Origin: Craspedostauros australis
Lineage: Eukaryota
NCBI GenBank assembly: GCA_030167865.1
Contig: JALAGF010004859.1
Span: 1 to 36,355 of the forward strand
Direction of reading: 5' to 3'
Length of the DNA stretch: 36,355 bases
Made by a program: the position numbers and the translations under genes. Positions 10,401-20,308 of the stretch are shown piece after piece (the stretch's first letter is position 1; every line of letters starts with the position of its first letter). The notes beneath the pieces were generated by a model, which searched no databases, was not told the DNA's origin, and was given only the letters and a program-made list of their open reading frames with translations.

Positions 10401-13400
10401 ACGACGTCCAGCAACTGCACGACTCCACGTGCAAATGGCAACCTGCGAAACAACAGAAAATCTCCGACGGGGCCAACAACTCCACCGGCAAGCGTCGCCA
10501 CTGGCAGAGGTGCTACCAGCAGTACTAGTGCGCGGAGTCCTGCTTCGTTGAAGACGAGGCTAACCGTCGCCACGGGTTCTGGTGCTATCAATAGAGCTAC
10601 TGGCGTGCCCAAAGCGACGGCCAAAACCTCACCCGCCTCTGCCAAATCACCTTCGTCACGTCCGTTGTCAACATCGTCCTCGACATCGTCACAATCCTAC
10701 GCTCGAAGCCGCCGAGGCGAGAAGTACATGGATGATGATGAGTTTATGGAGGAGAAGGATAGCAGGAGAAGACCAACACCGTTGGCAAGCACGAGACGGA
10801 AGCGTCGCATGATTGCAACGAACTACTTCTCTTCGCTCACGGAGGCAGAGACCATCGCGGTGACTGGCAAGACCCCACGATCAAGAGTTTTGCTTCGACG
10901 TCCTGAGTCGTCGCCCTCCGCAAGAAACAGCAGCCGCAAGCCATCCAAGTTATTGTCACCGTCGGTTCATGCGCCAGTGATCCTCCCCGTAACACGTTCT
11001 ACGAATCATCGTGGACTGGCGTCGTCTACCTGTGGTGACTCCAGGCATGTTGCAGCCGAAGCAGATCCCGATCACTCCGAACGCACTGACAGTGGCAAGC
11101 AGCCCCAGCATCAGCCCCAGCAGGAACAAAGACGGCACCAACTCAAGCAGGTTGATTTCGAAACCTCCGTCAAGGCCATTTTGGACAACACAGAGACTAA
11201 ACACGAATCTGTCATCGGGGCTGGGGCACTTTCAGATGAGTCATCGTCTTCTGAACCCACTCAATCGCCCACTGTTGACAGTGGCAGCAATACAAATACA
11301 AAGTCAGCCACGGCCTCAGTTGCAGCCTCAGCAGAAACCAAGATGCGAATGAACGGAAGTGGGCTGTCGTCCGCAACGAAGGCAAAGAATGTTGAGGCAA
11401 CTGCGCCACACTCCAAGCAGAGCTTCAAGCCCAAACCGAAGCTCACCTCGTGCCGCGACATGATCAAGCTGTTCGTCATGGAGGAGGAGAGTGCGATGAT
11501 GAATTCGCCGCACAATCCAACTGATATGAGCTCACCAATGGCGGCGCCGTCCACGCTCTCAGAATCTCAGGCATACGCAGCGTCGAAAGTGCTCCCCACA
11601 CAGCGCGGACTTGAAGAACATCATGTTCAAAAGGCTGCAGCATTCGCTGGTGGTATGCCAGCAATGCCACCAAGCCACCAAATGGAAGAGCTCCAACCTG
11701 CTCTCTCCGAATCCAGCATGGACGAAATTGATCGTCCCATGGTGATCTCGAAACCTCCAACACCCTCGGTACACGGAGGTATGGGAATGCCTCGCCTTCA
11801 CAGTGCGCGGAACGTAAACGCCGGCCAGGACGGACATGCCAGCCATCCTCCGTTCCACTTGTACCACAGTAGCGACGAAGTTGCACTGTCTCTTTCAACG
11901 ACCAAGTCATCCTTGGACGGTTGCGAACACAGGGACGATGGTGACAACAACCGAAGGCCGCCATCGCAAATGAACACGGCAGCGTACACCAACACCAACA
12001 CCGCGCTGAATGGCGATTGGGACAACGCAATCAGCTTCGATGATGGTTGCACTGACGACTCCAACGATCTGCGGTTGATCCATGAACACACGATCGATTC
12101 TGACAACACGACTGCCAGTACGACGGGTACCGCGCGCTCTTTTGGTGTGGCGGAAACTTCACTTCTGGGAGGCGTTTTTGATGGTGGTAGTTTGGATGAC
12201 CCCGAACAAACCTCTAGCGCTTCGCAGGTCAAGCATGCAAGTGATGCTGCGGCTACGGAAGGCGATGCTGATGATGACCCGATGAGAGAAATCTTGCATC
12301 AGCGGCAAGGCAGTGAGATCAACGCACCGGCAACCTACCTTAACCTCGCCCAGCCAAAGACACCTGTGGCACTGGACGACACCCCGAAGCAGACAGAAGT
12401 GGATACATTCTTCCAGAAATTGGCCGAAAGCGTTTCGGAAAGCTCCGACGACGGCTCCGCCAGCGTTGCATTCGACGAGCGAGCAGACAGCGAGTATACT
12501 GCAGCAGGAAGGAGTGGAGGGAACACCAATGGTGCGATTCGCGGTGCTGCAGGCAACACGGCGGACTGGGATCATTTCTCCCAACACCTTGACGATATCG
12601 GTCGATTTCCTCAACAATTTGCGACTAGGCTGTCCAGCGGGGTTCGAACCGCCTCTCCCATGAGCTTGTCTCAAACTGCGCCACCCCGGCCACGATCGCG
12701 ACCGACACCGTCCGCACCGTCGTCATCATCATCATCATCATCATCATCCACTGGCTGGAAACTGACGAAAGGTTCAGCCCGCAACGACATTACAGCAACT
12801 GCTCCAATCAGTCTTTCGGAATGCCAGCGTATCGGGCTGGCAGGAGAAGACGACGACGACAGCCTTCTTCAATCATTCACGGATGATCAAGATGACGGTG
12901 ATAAATCTGACATGGCGATCTTGCCCGCCCGTGGCCGCAGCGGGGGAGACAGCGACCAGTATCCGGATCTCACGAAGGACTCCATGCGAATGATACTGGG
13001 CACGATCGATGAGGCGACTGTGGAAAACTCGGACTCCAATGACAGCGTCTTTTCCAGCGAAATCAACATCGGCGAGTACCAAGGCATGCTGCAAGGCATG
13101 GGCGATCCCTCCTCTTTGGACAGCGCCATGAGAGGGAAAGGATCCATCACGCCGATGATCGGGAATGGCGCGAACTACTGCCGCGCTGGAGGTGCTCAAT
13201 CAAACACGAGCAGCTGGGGCGACACAGCCGCGGTGATATCTGCAACCGAGACGCCCTTACCACCGTCGCCTTGCCCAAGCACATCCAATTCTTTTCAGGA
13301 AGGAGTGGCTCTTGCGGTGAACTCCGCCTTGGGCGTCGTTAGCGCCACCTTTTCGGGCGAACAGCAGAGTGCCGTCAGCACAGCGCGGTCGGCATCCCAT

Positions 13401-16400
13401 GATTCTGCTGCTGCTGCTGCTGCCATCAGCACCACCATCACCACCATTACTGCAACCGCCAGCATCAGAAGTAATAGTAGCAGCAATAGCAGCGGCAATG
13501 GCCGAATTCGACATCCCACCGCTGAGCCGAAGCAAGAAGTTCACAGAGGAGCCGACGCCAGCACACGTGAGAGGTTTGATCGCTTGACGCTTCCTTCCCG
13601 AAGTCGATCCGCTGACAGGTCGCGGCGGAGCAATGACACTGATAGCGTGTCCAGAAACACCAGCTGTGACCGCGGACTCAAGTCGAATGGGAGCAGCGCC
13701 AGTAATGCGGCCAGTGTTGTGCAGGATGCGAGCAGCGTGGAGGCTGTTTCTTCTGTGCCTACTGTGAGCAACAAGGCCCCTTCGACTGTCTCAGAGGGAA
13801 GCTCCGTCCCAGACGCCGCGATTGCAGAGGTCATCCTCCTCATGGACAAGTTCCGCACGAACCAGCGCCAGAACGCCACCGCAGCCGACAATTTCAGTCG
13901 CTTGACTCCGCAAAGCAACTTTGGTCCTCTCGCCCAGGAGTACCTCACGAAGTCGCGCAACGCAGCAGGTGCATCTGAACCAAATTCCTCCTTCACTTCC
14001 CAAAAGCTCGACCAGCACTCCATGGAGCTGGATCAGCTGATCGATTCCATGCACGATGAGGACAGCAACGACAGCAACGCAAACATCAACGGTGGAGCCA
14101 TGAATATGAACATGAACATGAGCATGGGACGAGTCGGTTCAAGGCGCAGCAGCTGCTCGAGTTTGGATGTCGGTGTGGGCGCCGATAGTTACGGCATGCC
14201 AGGGACGGCCAATCTCACATCCACCAAGGAAGCTTCGAGATCAGCTTTGCGCGGTTCTGCTGCCAACAGGTCGCAGAACATGGCCTTGGCAAGCCGCACC
14301 GTGCCGACGTCGCAATCATCGATGAAAAAATCCACCACTATGGATCGTGTCACCCTGTCTCTTTCTGGAATCGAGGACGGCGACTTTATCATCTCCTCGC
14401 GAGCAGGCGCATCCATGGATCGGTACTCTTCGATCAACATGGATCAAACGGCAAGCCTCGACGAAAGCCGTACGAATCACAGCGCGTACGACGGTGGTGA
14501 GGCTCTCGAAATCGTCTCCCAACCAAAACCATCGAGACGCCTTGGCAGAAGCGGGAGCCTCGCCGAGACTGACGCATCGCTTTGGTACGGCTCGAAGGCG
14601 AACTTTGCCGGCAGCGATCTGGGCGGGATTGCCAGCGCCAGCAACGCCTCTCTGGATCAGTCCAGGATGATGTCGGCAAGCCGGTCCTCGCACGGTGCCT
14701 TTTCGGCCGCATCATCCGTGAATTCATCACAAACGATTTCACCGACCGCCACAGCGGGGTCGCGTGGAGGCACGAACATCAGGAACCTGGGTTCCATTGG
14801 GAGCGACATGATGCTGCGACGGAACAGGTCCAACTCCAGCTCGCAATCGCCAACATCTCGAGTGGCATTGCGGTCCGTGGCACGATCCATCATCAGCAGC
14901 GCCTCGAGCAGCGAATCCAGCACGAGCTCATTGGAGGCAAGCGGAAGCTCGTCTTCTTCTGAATCGTCATCCACATCGTCTTCCTCGTCCGCCGAATCTT
15001 CTTCATCCTCGTCAAAGAGCACCAGCAATCGCTTGGGCATGTCCCGCTCTGGGAACGAGAGCGGCAGCACCCGTTTCACCGCATCCACAGCGAAGAACGA
15101 AGGCAGCCGAAACCGGAAGCACAAGACGCAGCGTGGATCATCCAAGTCTGACGCAGCCAAAAGCGCCGACTGGTCGCCAGAATCGACCTCAGCATCTGCC
15201 ACGGCACGAACTTCCATGACGGCCTCCGCAACATCGTCATCGAAACGTCACTCGCGATCCTCATCGTCACGACGAGACAGATCGGCGAAGGCTGGGTCAG
15301 CATCAGCAGCGGATGTAGCAAAAGCGATGGGATCCTCCACTCCAAAGTCTCGCCGGGATAATACGACTGGTGGAAACGGCAAAAGCAATCGCAATGGGGA
15401 TGAAGATCAACACGACAATGAAACGGAACGTTCCGACAGACGCCGCCGCAAAGAATCCGGGTTGCCCAAATCAATCCTCGCCCGTCAACCGATCCGCACC
15501 ATGTCCACCGACAGCGACAGCGGCACCAATCAGCCAAACGACAGACAATCACGCCGATCCCCATCTCCCTCTGGAAGGAGAGGTCTTGGGCGCATCCGTG
15601 ATCTCAACATCATCCAGCGTATGAGGAATGCTCACAGGAGCCGAAGCAGAAGCAGAAGCAGGAGCCTGAGCGCCACTCGGAGCAGGAGCGCAACACCAAC
15701 AGCTGGCCTTGCAACAAGTGCCAGCGACGGCAGCACGGAAAACATCGGAGGAGGCAGAAACGGACGATCACCATCGCCACGATCGCGCCGATCGATGAAG
15801 TCCAAGATCTCCAAGATCACATCCAAGGTCTTCAAGCGCAAAGTGAAGAAGGCCGACTTCGACAAGATGGCCAACCCAGCGCTCAAGCCATTACTCCTTG
15901 ACGGCAAGGAGTACCTGGAGCACCAGAACCAATCTAACCAATCGACCCAGGTCCGGAATGAGGTCGACGTCGAGACCCACGGTGCTGGCATCATGGAGAG
16001 CCGTGATGATGTCGATGCTATGGAGCTGCCAGTTCACGGCTCCGACTCTTTCGAGAGGATGGACAAGTACGAATCGCTCGACGAAGAGGACCGTCCCGAA
16101 GGCGAATCGGAGGCAAGGGACGACAAGAGCAACGGCAGCAGCCGAAGCAATGCAGCCAGCGATGGTGCAAGCAAGGGGATCATGCTGAAAAAGAGCACAA
16201 GCCAGGGTTCTCAAAGAAGCGGCAAATCCTCCAAGGATGGCGATGGTCGTGGTGGCGGCAAGCGAAGAAGCGTCACGATCGTAGACCCGGCATCTGAGAT
16301 GGCGTCAGCATCGCACGTAAAGAACATGTCGAATGATTCCCGTGACAGCCGCGGAGGAAGTGCAACGGAGACGCGACCCGCTTCTGCCAAACAGCAACAA

Positions 16401-16979
16401 CCGCAAACGTCGACATCGATGTTTGCCCTGGTGCTAAATAATGCACCGTCGTCATCCCTTCTGCCCGTCGATGAGAGCACTGCGCAAGAAACCACTGTGG
16501 ATGCGAAGAGCGGCAGCATCCTGTCCCAGCTCTTCGGCTGGACTCCACAGCAGATGTGCCGGTGTGACACTCCACTGAGCTTCGAAGAAGAAGAGGAAGA
16601 AGATGGCGATGAAGACGCAGTTGATGCGGTTGAAGACGACGGGATCATCAACGATACTTGCAAGTCGACGAAGGCCACGGGTGGAAACTCGAGCAACAGC
16701 AGTAGCAGCAGCACAAGCGGCAGCAGGAGAAGCAAAAGTAGCAAGAGCACCACAAGCAACAGCAGGAGAAGCAAAACAAGCCAGAACAGCCAAGGCAGCA
16801 AGAGAAGCATGAACCTCGATGGTGCGTGTGCGTACAGAGATGATGAGGAGACTGCAGACGACAATGCTTGCGACGACTTCGACCCCTTCCGCAACAAGCA
16901 TCATCAACTTCCCAATGCGTCTGTCCGATCCAATTCCTCTCTCGATTCTTCTTCTCGCTCGAGAAGGCAAGAGGTGTAA
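7491..16979 (+). CDS. Very large, intronless, low-complexity (Ser/Asp/Thr/Gln-rich) protein of unknown function, about 3162 aa, probably disordered
   Basis: A 9.5-kb stop-free frame; first ATG at 7491, TAA at 16977-16979. Contains poly-S, poly-Q, a D/H tract and RS tracts. I recognised no globular domain. Confidence 0.85.
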   Translation: MDDRSEFECFQDPTMLSQRDLERSISVGMIGGEDGEPQRPSRQQQQQRQWQEQQRQRQRGPTADRTHLSQIDPPFAHRNGSKPAGRPNLIGYIPRLPSTERPEFEKIAAAATWDSEEDIPFDMQPRRKPNPRRCSSPGVDQPINHTFNPGNVRAEVHSSNADNVDMSKKRNATTLTDQQLHAPETRAVDQPAVVVHEARATGSLRGETARCLSQETDEGGSEHYFEENRSRQEQKLQQPHQNPHQQQQQPCRPSIDEDVESPIDCSGSSARKGGGGGKVAGVHDERQVQKPAHDHTEHDAARDDTMHRSISPEIFSFDFVLSGSPTFTKQSTAKHASSFTSAERDAVEASPSFPDRPQAFNSVQRTFTSPTSEQGITSRSNVDVLVTCIDGLFITNSIIDERDEGGDYDDDGDHDHDDDHDHDHHDDHHDDDDDDETNSLCEQADHSEGRSDDSNIEDCHSIDDDNEHEHEGDGNDAASIVESKPDKDDRSSSSKPNDRRSNRLVAVDAAMDGASTLRMAADALTVLPTSPCCFLALESAIMDDPISMEQVMADEGQEEEDDEDEDLQPTRTETFDTLTGKSITIVHDDTQTHAPFSAAPAHEDAHPPANRDGPRHDEKMQPAVLSRPQPETDPDDGFVPPLARNDATEQLSTTSNSSVPFDATPVSVARKHVAHERDNGKATSAMDETELVIPSKSNDAGIVAASPRTHTSSSALSIVTSNRPQIPLAGNESQQPCQWQDQPERTNAGGTDAPNAQSPSKTHCLFFTRKLEAPAPSPQHSSSPNALFFQQTTHVLGNSQRRRQREADKAAEMEKLQDQERRERSEGKRPSSPRRASVLMSSSKPPISANNRKRTAAHASPSAGILPGDIVHQAPTHTPTLMPTPTSTRKQAHKPLPTSPISEWTASAWTATPVSASTVPSTISPALSSPATASQQQHQQQRHQSSSQIADMHGNIARTDSRDSFATVQSTTSSNCTTPRANGNLRNNRKSPTGPTTPPASVATGRGATSSTSARSPASLKTRLTVATGSGAINRATGVPKATAKTSPASAKSPSSRPLSTSSSTSSQSYARSRRGEKYMDDDEFMEEKDSRRRPTPLASTRRKRRMIATNYFSSLTEAETIAVTGKTPRSRVLLRRPESSPSARNSSRKPSKLLSPSVHAPVILPVTRSTNHRGLASSTCGDSRHVAAEADPDHSERTDSGKQPQHQPQQEQRRHQLKQVDFETSVKAILDNTETKHESVIGAGALSDESSSSEPTQSPTVDSGSNTNTKSATASVAASAETKMRMNGSGLSSATKAKNVEATAPHSKQSFKPKPKLTSCRDMIKLFVMEEESAMMNSPHNPTDMSSPMAAPSTLSESQAYAASKVLPTQRGLEEHHVQKAAAFAGGMPAMPPSHQMEELQPALSESSMDEIDRPMVISKPPTPSVHGGMGMPRLHSARNVNAGQDGHASHPPFHLYHSSDEVALSLSTTKSSLDGCEHRDDGDNNRRPPSQMNTAAYTNTNTALNGDWDNAISFDDGCTDDSNDLRLIHEHTIDSDNTTASTTGTARSFGVAETSLLGGVFDGGSLDDPEQTSSASQVKHASDAAATEGDADDDPMREILHQRQGSEINAPATYLNLAQPKTPVALDDTPKQTEVDTFFQKLAESVSESSDDGSASVAFDERADSEYTAAGRSGGNTNGAIRGAAGNTADWDHFSQHLDDIGRFPQQFATRLSSGVRTASPMSLSQTAPPRPRSRPTPSAPSSSSSSSSSSTGWKLTKGSARNDITATAPISLSECQRIGLAGEDDDDSLLQSFTDDQDDGDKSDMAILPARGRSGGDSDQYPDLTKDSMRMILGTIDEATVENSDSNDSVFSSEINIGEYQGMLQGMGDPSSLDSAMRGKGSITPMIGNGANYCRAGGAQSNTSSWGDTAAVISATETPLPPSPCPSTSNSFQEGVALAVNSALGVVSATFSGEQQSAVSTARSASHDSAAAAAAISTTITTITATASIRSNSSSNSSGNGRIRHPTAEPKQEVHRGADASTRERFDRLTLPSRSRSADRSRRSNDTDSVSRNTSCDRGLKSNGSSASNAASVVQDASSVEAVSSVPTVSNKAPSTVSEGSSVPDAAIAEVILLMDKFRTNQRQNATAADNFSRLTPQSNFGPLAQEYLTKSRNAAGASEPNSSFTSQKLDQHSMELDQLIDSMHDEDSNDSNANINGGAMNMNMNMSMGRVGSRRSSCSSLDVGVGADSYGMPGTANLTSTKEASRSALRGSAANRSQNMALASRTVPTSQSSMKKSTTMDRVTLSLSGIEDGDFIISSRAGASMDRYSSINMDQTASLDESRTNHSAYDGGEALEIVSQPKPSRRLGRSGSLAETDASLWYGSKANFAGSDLGGIASASNASLDQSRMMSASRSSHGAFSAASSVNSSQTISPTATAGSRGGTNIRNLGSIGSDMMLRRNRSNSSSQSPTSRVALRSVARSIISSASSSESSTSSLEASGSSSSSESSSTSSSSSAESSSSSSKSTSNRLGMSRSGNESGSTRFTASTAKNEGSRNRKHKTQRGSSKSDAAKSADWSPESTSASATARTSMTASATSSSKRHSRSSSSRRDRSAKAGSASAADVAKAMGSSTPKSRRDNTTGGNGKSNRNGDEDQHDNETERSDRRRRKESGLPKSILARQPIRTMSTDSDSGTNQPNDRQSRRSPSPSGRRGLGRIRDLNIIQRMRNAHRSRSRSRSRSLSATRSRSATPTAGLATSASDGSTENIGGGRNGRSPSPRSRRSMKSKISKITSKVFKRKVKKADFDKMANPALKPLLLDGKEYLEHQNQSNQSTQVRNEVDVETHGAGIMESRDDVDAMELPVHGSDSFERMDKYESLDEEDRPEGESEARDDKSNGSSRSNAASDGASKGIMLKKSTSQGSQRSGKSSKDGDGRGGGKRRSVTIVDPASEMASASHVKNMSNDSRDSRGGSATETRPASAKQQQPQTSTSMFALVLNNAPSSSLLPVDESTAQETTVDAKSGSILSQLFGWTPQQMCRCDTPLSFEEEEEEDGDEDAVDAVEDDGIINDTCKSTKATGGNSSNSSSSSTSGSRRSKSSKSTTSNSRRSKTSQNSQGSKRSMNLDGACAYRDDEETADDNACDDFDPFRNKHHQLPNASVRSNSSLDSSSRSRRQEV

Positions 16980-18061
16980 GGAATGAGAGAGTGACAGAAG
17001 GTCAGTCGAAGCGATGCACAAGACCGTTGCCAAGAAGACAGCGCTAAGAGATCTTCTGGATACAGAACAATAATAACTTCTATAATGCAATGACAAACCA
17101 TGGGGATAAAGACAGCTCGACTTGAGTAGAGCAGCGTGATGCGATGCGATAATGAGTTTTGGACGAAGATCGAATTGGGCAGACCAGAGCGCGGAAAATT
17201 ATCGCTTTCGCTGACAAAATGTGACCTGTTCGGACAACGAACAGCCACGCATTTCGCCCAGTTGTGTTGCGACAACCACAATTTAACGACTGCAATTCGG
17301 ACTCAATCCACTGGTTCGATTGAGTTAGTTAGTATTCCGTGTCTTCTGCACGTTGTCAGGAGGATGGTTTGTCCTTCAACCGGTTTTGACGCCGTTTGAT
17401 GTTGAGAACAAAGCTGTATCAGACGATGATGTAACTGTAGTAGACTTGGAAGTAAGCTGGTAAGATAGTTTCTGATTGCTTGTTTTATGTGTTAAGCTTA
17501 CTATTGGTAGGACGATCGAGTAAAAAGGTGGGGTTCGTGCTGTCGTACTTCAGCCGTTCTTTGTTGCGCAGCAGCATGCCGTGGTGATCCTGCACACATA
17601 CAGCTTTCCAGTATCATCACCCGTAGAGCAGTAGCTGATCCATTCACATAGATATGCTTCAAGACAGATGCATATTCGGTAGGGTGACGAGGTGGACAGG
17701 TGGCAGGGGTGCATGAGCTGGAGGGCGAGCAACGCAAGGATTGCAGTTCAACTACACATCGTGTGTGCGGTAGCCTTTCATCACAGTATCGGTCTTGGGT
17801 ACCGAATACCGTGTACGCGGGATGGACAGTCAAGTCCCGGGTCAGTCCCGGGGCTAGTCTGTCCCAACTGAGTTGCTAGACTCATCTGAAAAAGGAATGG
17901 GTTATGAGTTCAAGGCCCATCTCCTGACAGGCGGACAGACCTCGCCTGCCACAGATCTTCGTGGCTGTCGGCGACCACAAGACGACCATGGCGAAAGAGT
18001 TGCGCGCAGCCCAAACGGCGCAAAACATCCCAAAAAGAGAGGCGAGAAAACACAGCAACCG

Positions 18062-18157
18062 CAAAACCAAACAAAACCAAACAAAACCAAACCAAACCAA
18101 GCAAGCACCACCAAGCAGATCATCACGAAGAGCAGAAGCAGAAGCAGAAGCAGAAGC
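18062..18157. repeat. Simple repeats, (AAAAC/AAACC)n and (AGAAGC)n, upstream of eIF3m
   Basis: CAAAACCAAACAAAACCAAACAAAACCAAACCAAACCAA and AGCAGAAGCAGAAGCAGAAGCAGAAGC are directly visible. Confidence 0.85.
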
Positions 18158-18224
18158 GAGAACGAAAGGACAGGTCACCAAGAAGGAGCCGCATCAGCAT
18201 CAGTAACATTACCAGGTTAGAACA

Positions 18225-19870
18225 ATGAGCTCAGCAATGGTTGCGCCGTCGCCTTCGTCCACCCTGGTGAACGTGGCAGATGGAGCGGAGCTGCGTTTGG
18301 TGCGATTGGTCTCCCAGGCTTCGTCCGTCGCGCCGGACACCAAGGCGCAGTTCGCCCAGTCATGCCAGGCGAGCATCAGCCAGGGCGACATCGGACAGCT
18401 GCTCTCCACCGTCCTTGCCTTCAAGGACAGCAGCGGCAGCCCCAACCCAGCGCTCGTGGCTGGCATGGCCAACGTGAAGGTGGTGTCCGATGACAAGGCG
18501 GCCTCCGTCGCTTCGCTCGTGTCCGCCCTGATCAACCGCGTCTCCGATCCAGCCAAGGCCTCGCAGCTCCTGGGACAGATCTGCGATGCCATCTCGGGGT
18601 TCGTGCTGCCGCAGGTTGCGACGACCAACGCCGTGGCCGCAGCCGCCATCCGCCGGCGGCAGGTGGCGCTCATGGCGACGTTCTACAACATGTGCTCCGA
18701 CAACACCCAGAAGATCGCCGTCCTCGCGCAGATCGTGCGATTGGTCGGTTCCAGCTCCGCACCTGGCGCCGAGAGCCTGCTGGAAGCTCCCGGCAATGCC
18801 CTGCACAGGCTCTTCACCCCGACCTCCACCACCAGCCGCACGCCGCAGATCGTCGCCTTGCTCGATCAATGGAACGTCGCTCCAGCCGCCAGACGCGAGC
18901 TGTACCAGAGCGTCGCGGATGGAGCCGCCAACACAACCACAAAGCAACGATTCGCGGTCTTGCTCGTCGCCACCTACGACTCTGATGCTGTAAGTTCTTT
19001 CCGCCACCTGCATACCGTGTGATACACAGCGCATAACGACACACAGTACATCTCCGAGGTGAAGCAGTGAGAAGCTTTGCGACCCTTCAACCATTCCGCA
19101 ACAAACTCACGATCGAATACGTTGCTCTTCGAGGGATCATGCTCCCACTGTCTCGCACATCGCTTGCATTTGGCTTCCACTCACGCTCCATTCTCAACCT
19201 ACCATTTCCACTCCACCACGCTGCACAAATCAATTACCATCGATCGGTATATCCTTGGCCAAACCCACAGACCGTGGACGCCAACGCCATGAAATACGCC
19301 AAGGCTGCGGCCATCGGTGCCATCCAGGACCCCATTGCTCTCTTCGACGAGCAACGCGACATGCTTTCACTTCCCGCCATCAAGGCATTGAAGAGCAGCG
19401 ATTCCAAACTGTACGCGTTGCTAGAAGTCTTCCAGCAAAAACAGCTAGCGGACTACGAGGCGTTGGCGGGAGGCAATGCGCTGGATGCATCATGGGGACT
19501 GGACGCAGACAGCTGCCTCTCCAACATCCGCATCCTCACACTGTGTACAATCGCGAGCAGCAACGACGTCGCATCCAACGACAACGTCTTGCCATACAGC
19601 ACCATCGCCAAGAGTCTCAGCCTCGCAGACGGCGGCAGCGATGGAAATTCCTCGGAGGTCGAAACCTGGATCATCAAGGCAATGAACAGCGGGTTGCTGC
19701 AGGCGAAGATGGATCAGCTCAATAAGGTGCTCATCGTCGAGCGAGCTGTGCTGCGAAAGTTCGAAATGGAGCAGTGGAAGCAGCTGCAGACCAAGCTTCA
19801 GTCTTGGAAGAGTCACGTGCAATCGGTCCTCGCGGCCTACCAGCAACAGCAGGTGCAACAACAACAATAG
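18225..19870 (+). CDS. EIF3M: Eukaryotic translation initiation factor 3 subunit M (PCI domain), about 454 aa; exons 18225..18989 and 19271..19870
   Basis: GCT|GTAAGT at 18990 and CACAG|ACC at 19270, phase 0. The sequences AAIGAIQDP...MLSLPAIKAL...LYALLEVF, NIRILTLCTIA, PYSTIAKSL, VETWIIKAMNSGLLQAKMDQ and RKFEMEQWKQLQTKLQSWK match the eIF3m PCI region and C-terminal helix. Confidence 0.88.
18990..19270 (+). other. Spliceosomal intron of eIF3m (281 bp, phase 0)
   Basis: GTAAGT...CCACAG, joining ORF 18225.. to ORF ..19870 in frame. Confidence 0.88.
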
Positions 19871-20308
19871 AGACCTGCGAGAGGCAGACGCGACAGGCCG
19901 CTCAAAGGTCACGGCCTGTGAGCGCACGGAGTTCGAGGAGTGTCACGCGCTGTACTCTACTTAGAAACAAACGTTGTTGCGATCTATTCTGATGCCGTCA
20001 AAAGCTATTTTCGTCTGTTTGCCCTGTATGATCTAGAGATACGTATCTTGCCAAGTGCGAACTGAGTGGGCACGTATTGTGCCCTCTCCTCGGCGAGGAC
20101 TCGTAGAGAGCACCCTTCGCAAACGATTACGCTATGCCCATGATTGTTGCATGGCCGAGGACTCGTGACTATGGTTCACTACGGAAAAGAGTATCCCAAG
20201 CATACCGAGACATACCAGTACTTCAGCACATGCTCCACTCGACTCTGAGAGAGCGGCTTTGCATGTTCCGATCAAGTGCAACTCGACGGCGGCTGCCGAG
20301 TTCCTGGC

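Noticed and set aside
17301..17325. Hairpin ACTCAATC/GATTGAGT containing GGTTCGA (tRNA T-loop-like)
   Set aside because: It is only an 8-bp stem with no cloverleaf, which is expected by chance in 36 kb.
17400..17870. AT-rich stretch, a purine tract and duplicated AGTCCCGGG, considered as an LTR or MITE
   Set aside because: There is no paired LTR, primer-binding site, target-site duplication or transposon coding remnant.
18360..19094. 244-aa minus-strand ORF and other overlapping ORFs
   Set aside because: These are shadow frames of the GC-rich eIF3m exon.
1078..19270. The four introns considered as introner-type mobile elements
   Set aside because: I saw no sequence similarity among them, no terminal inverted repeats and no convincing target-site duplications.
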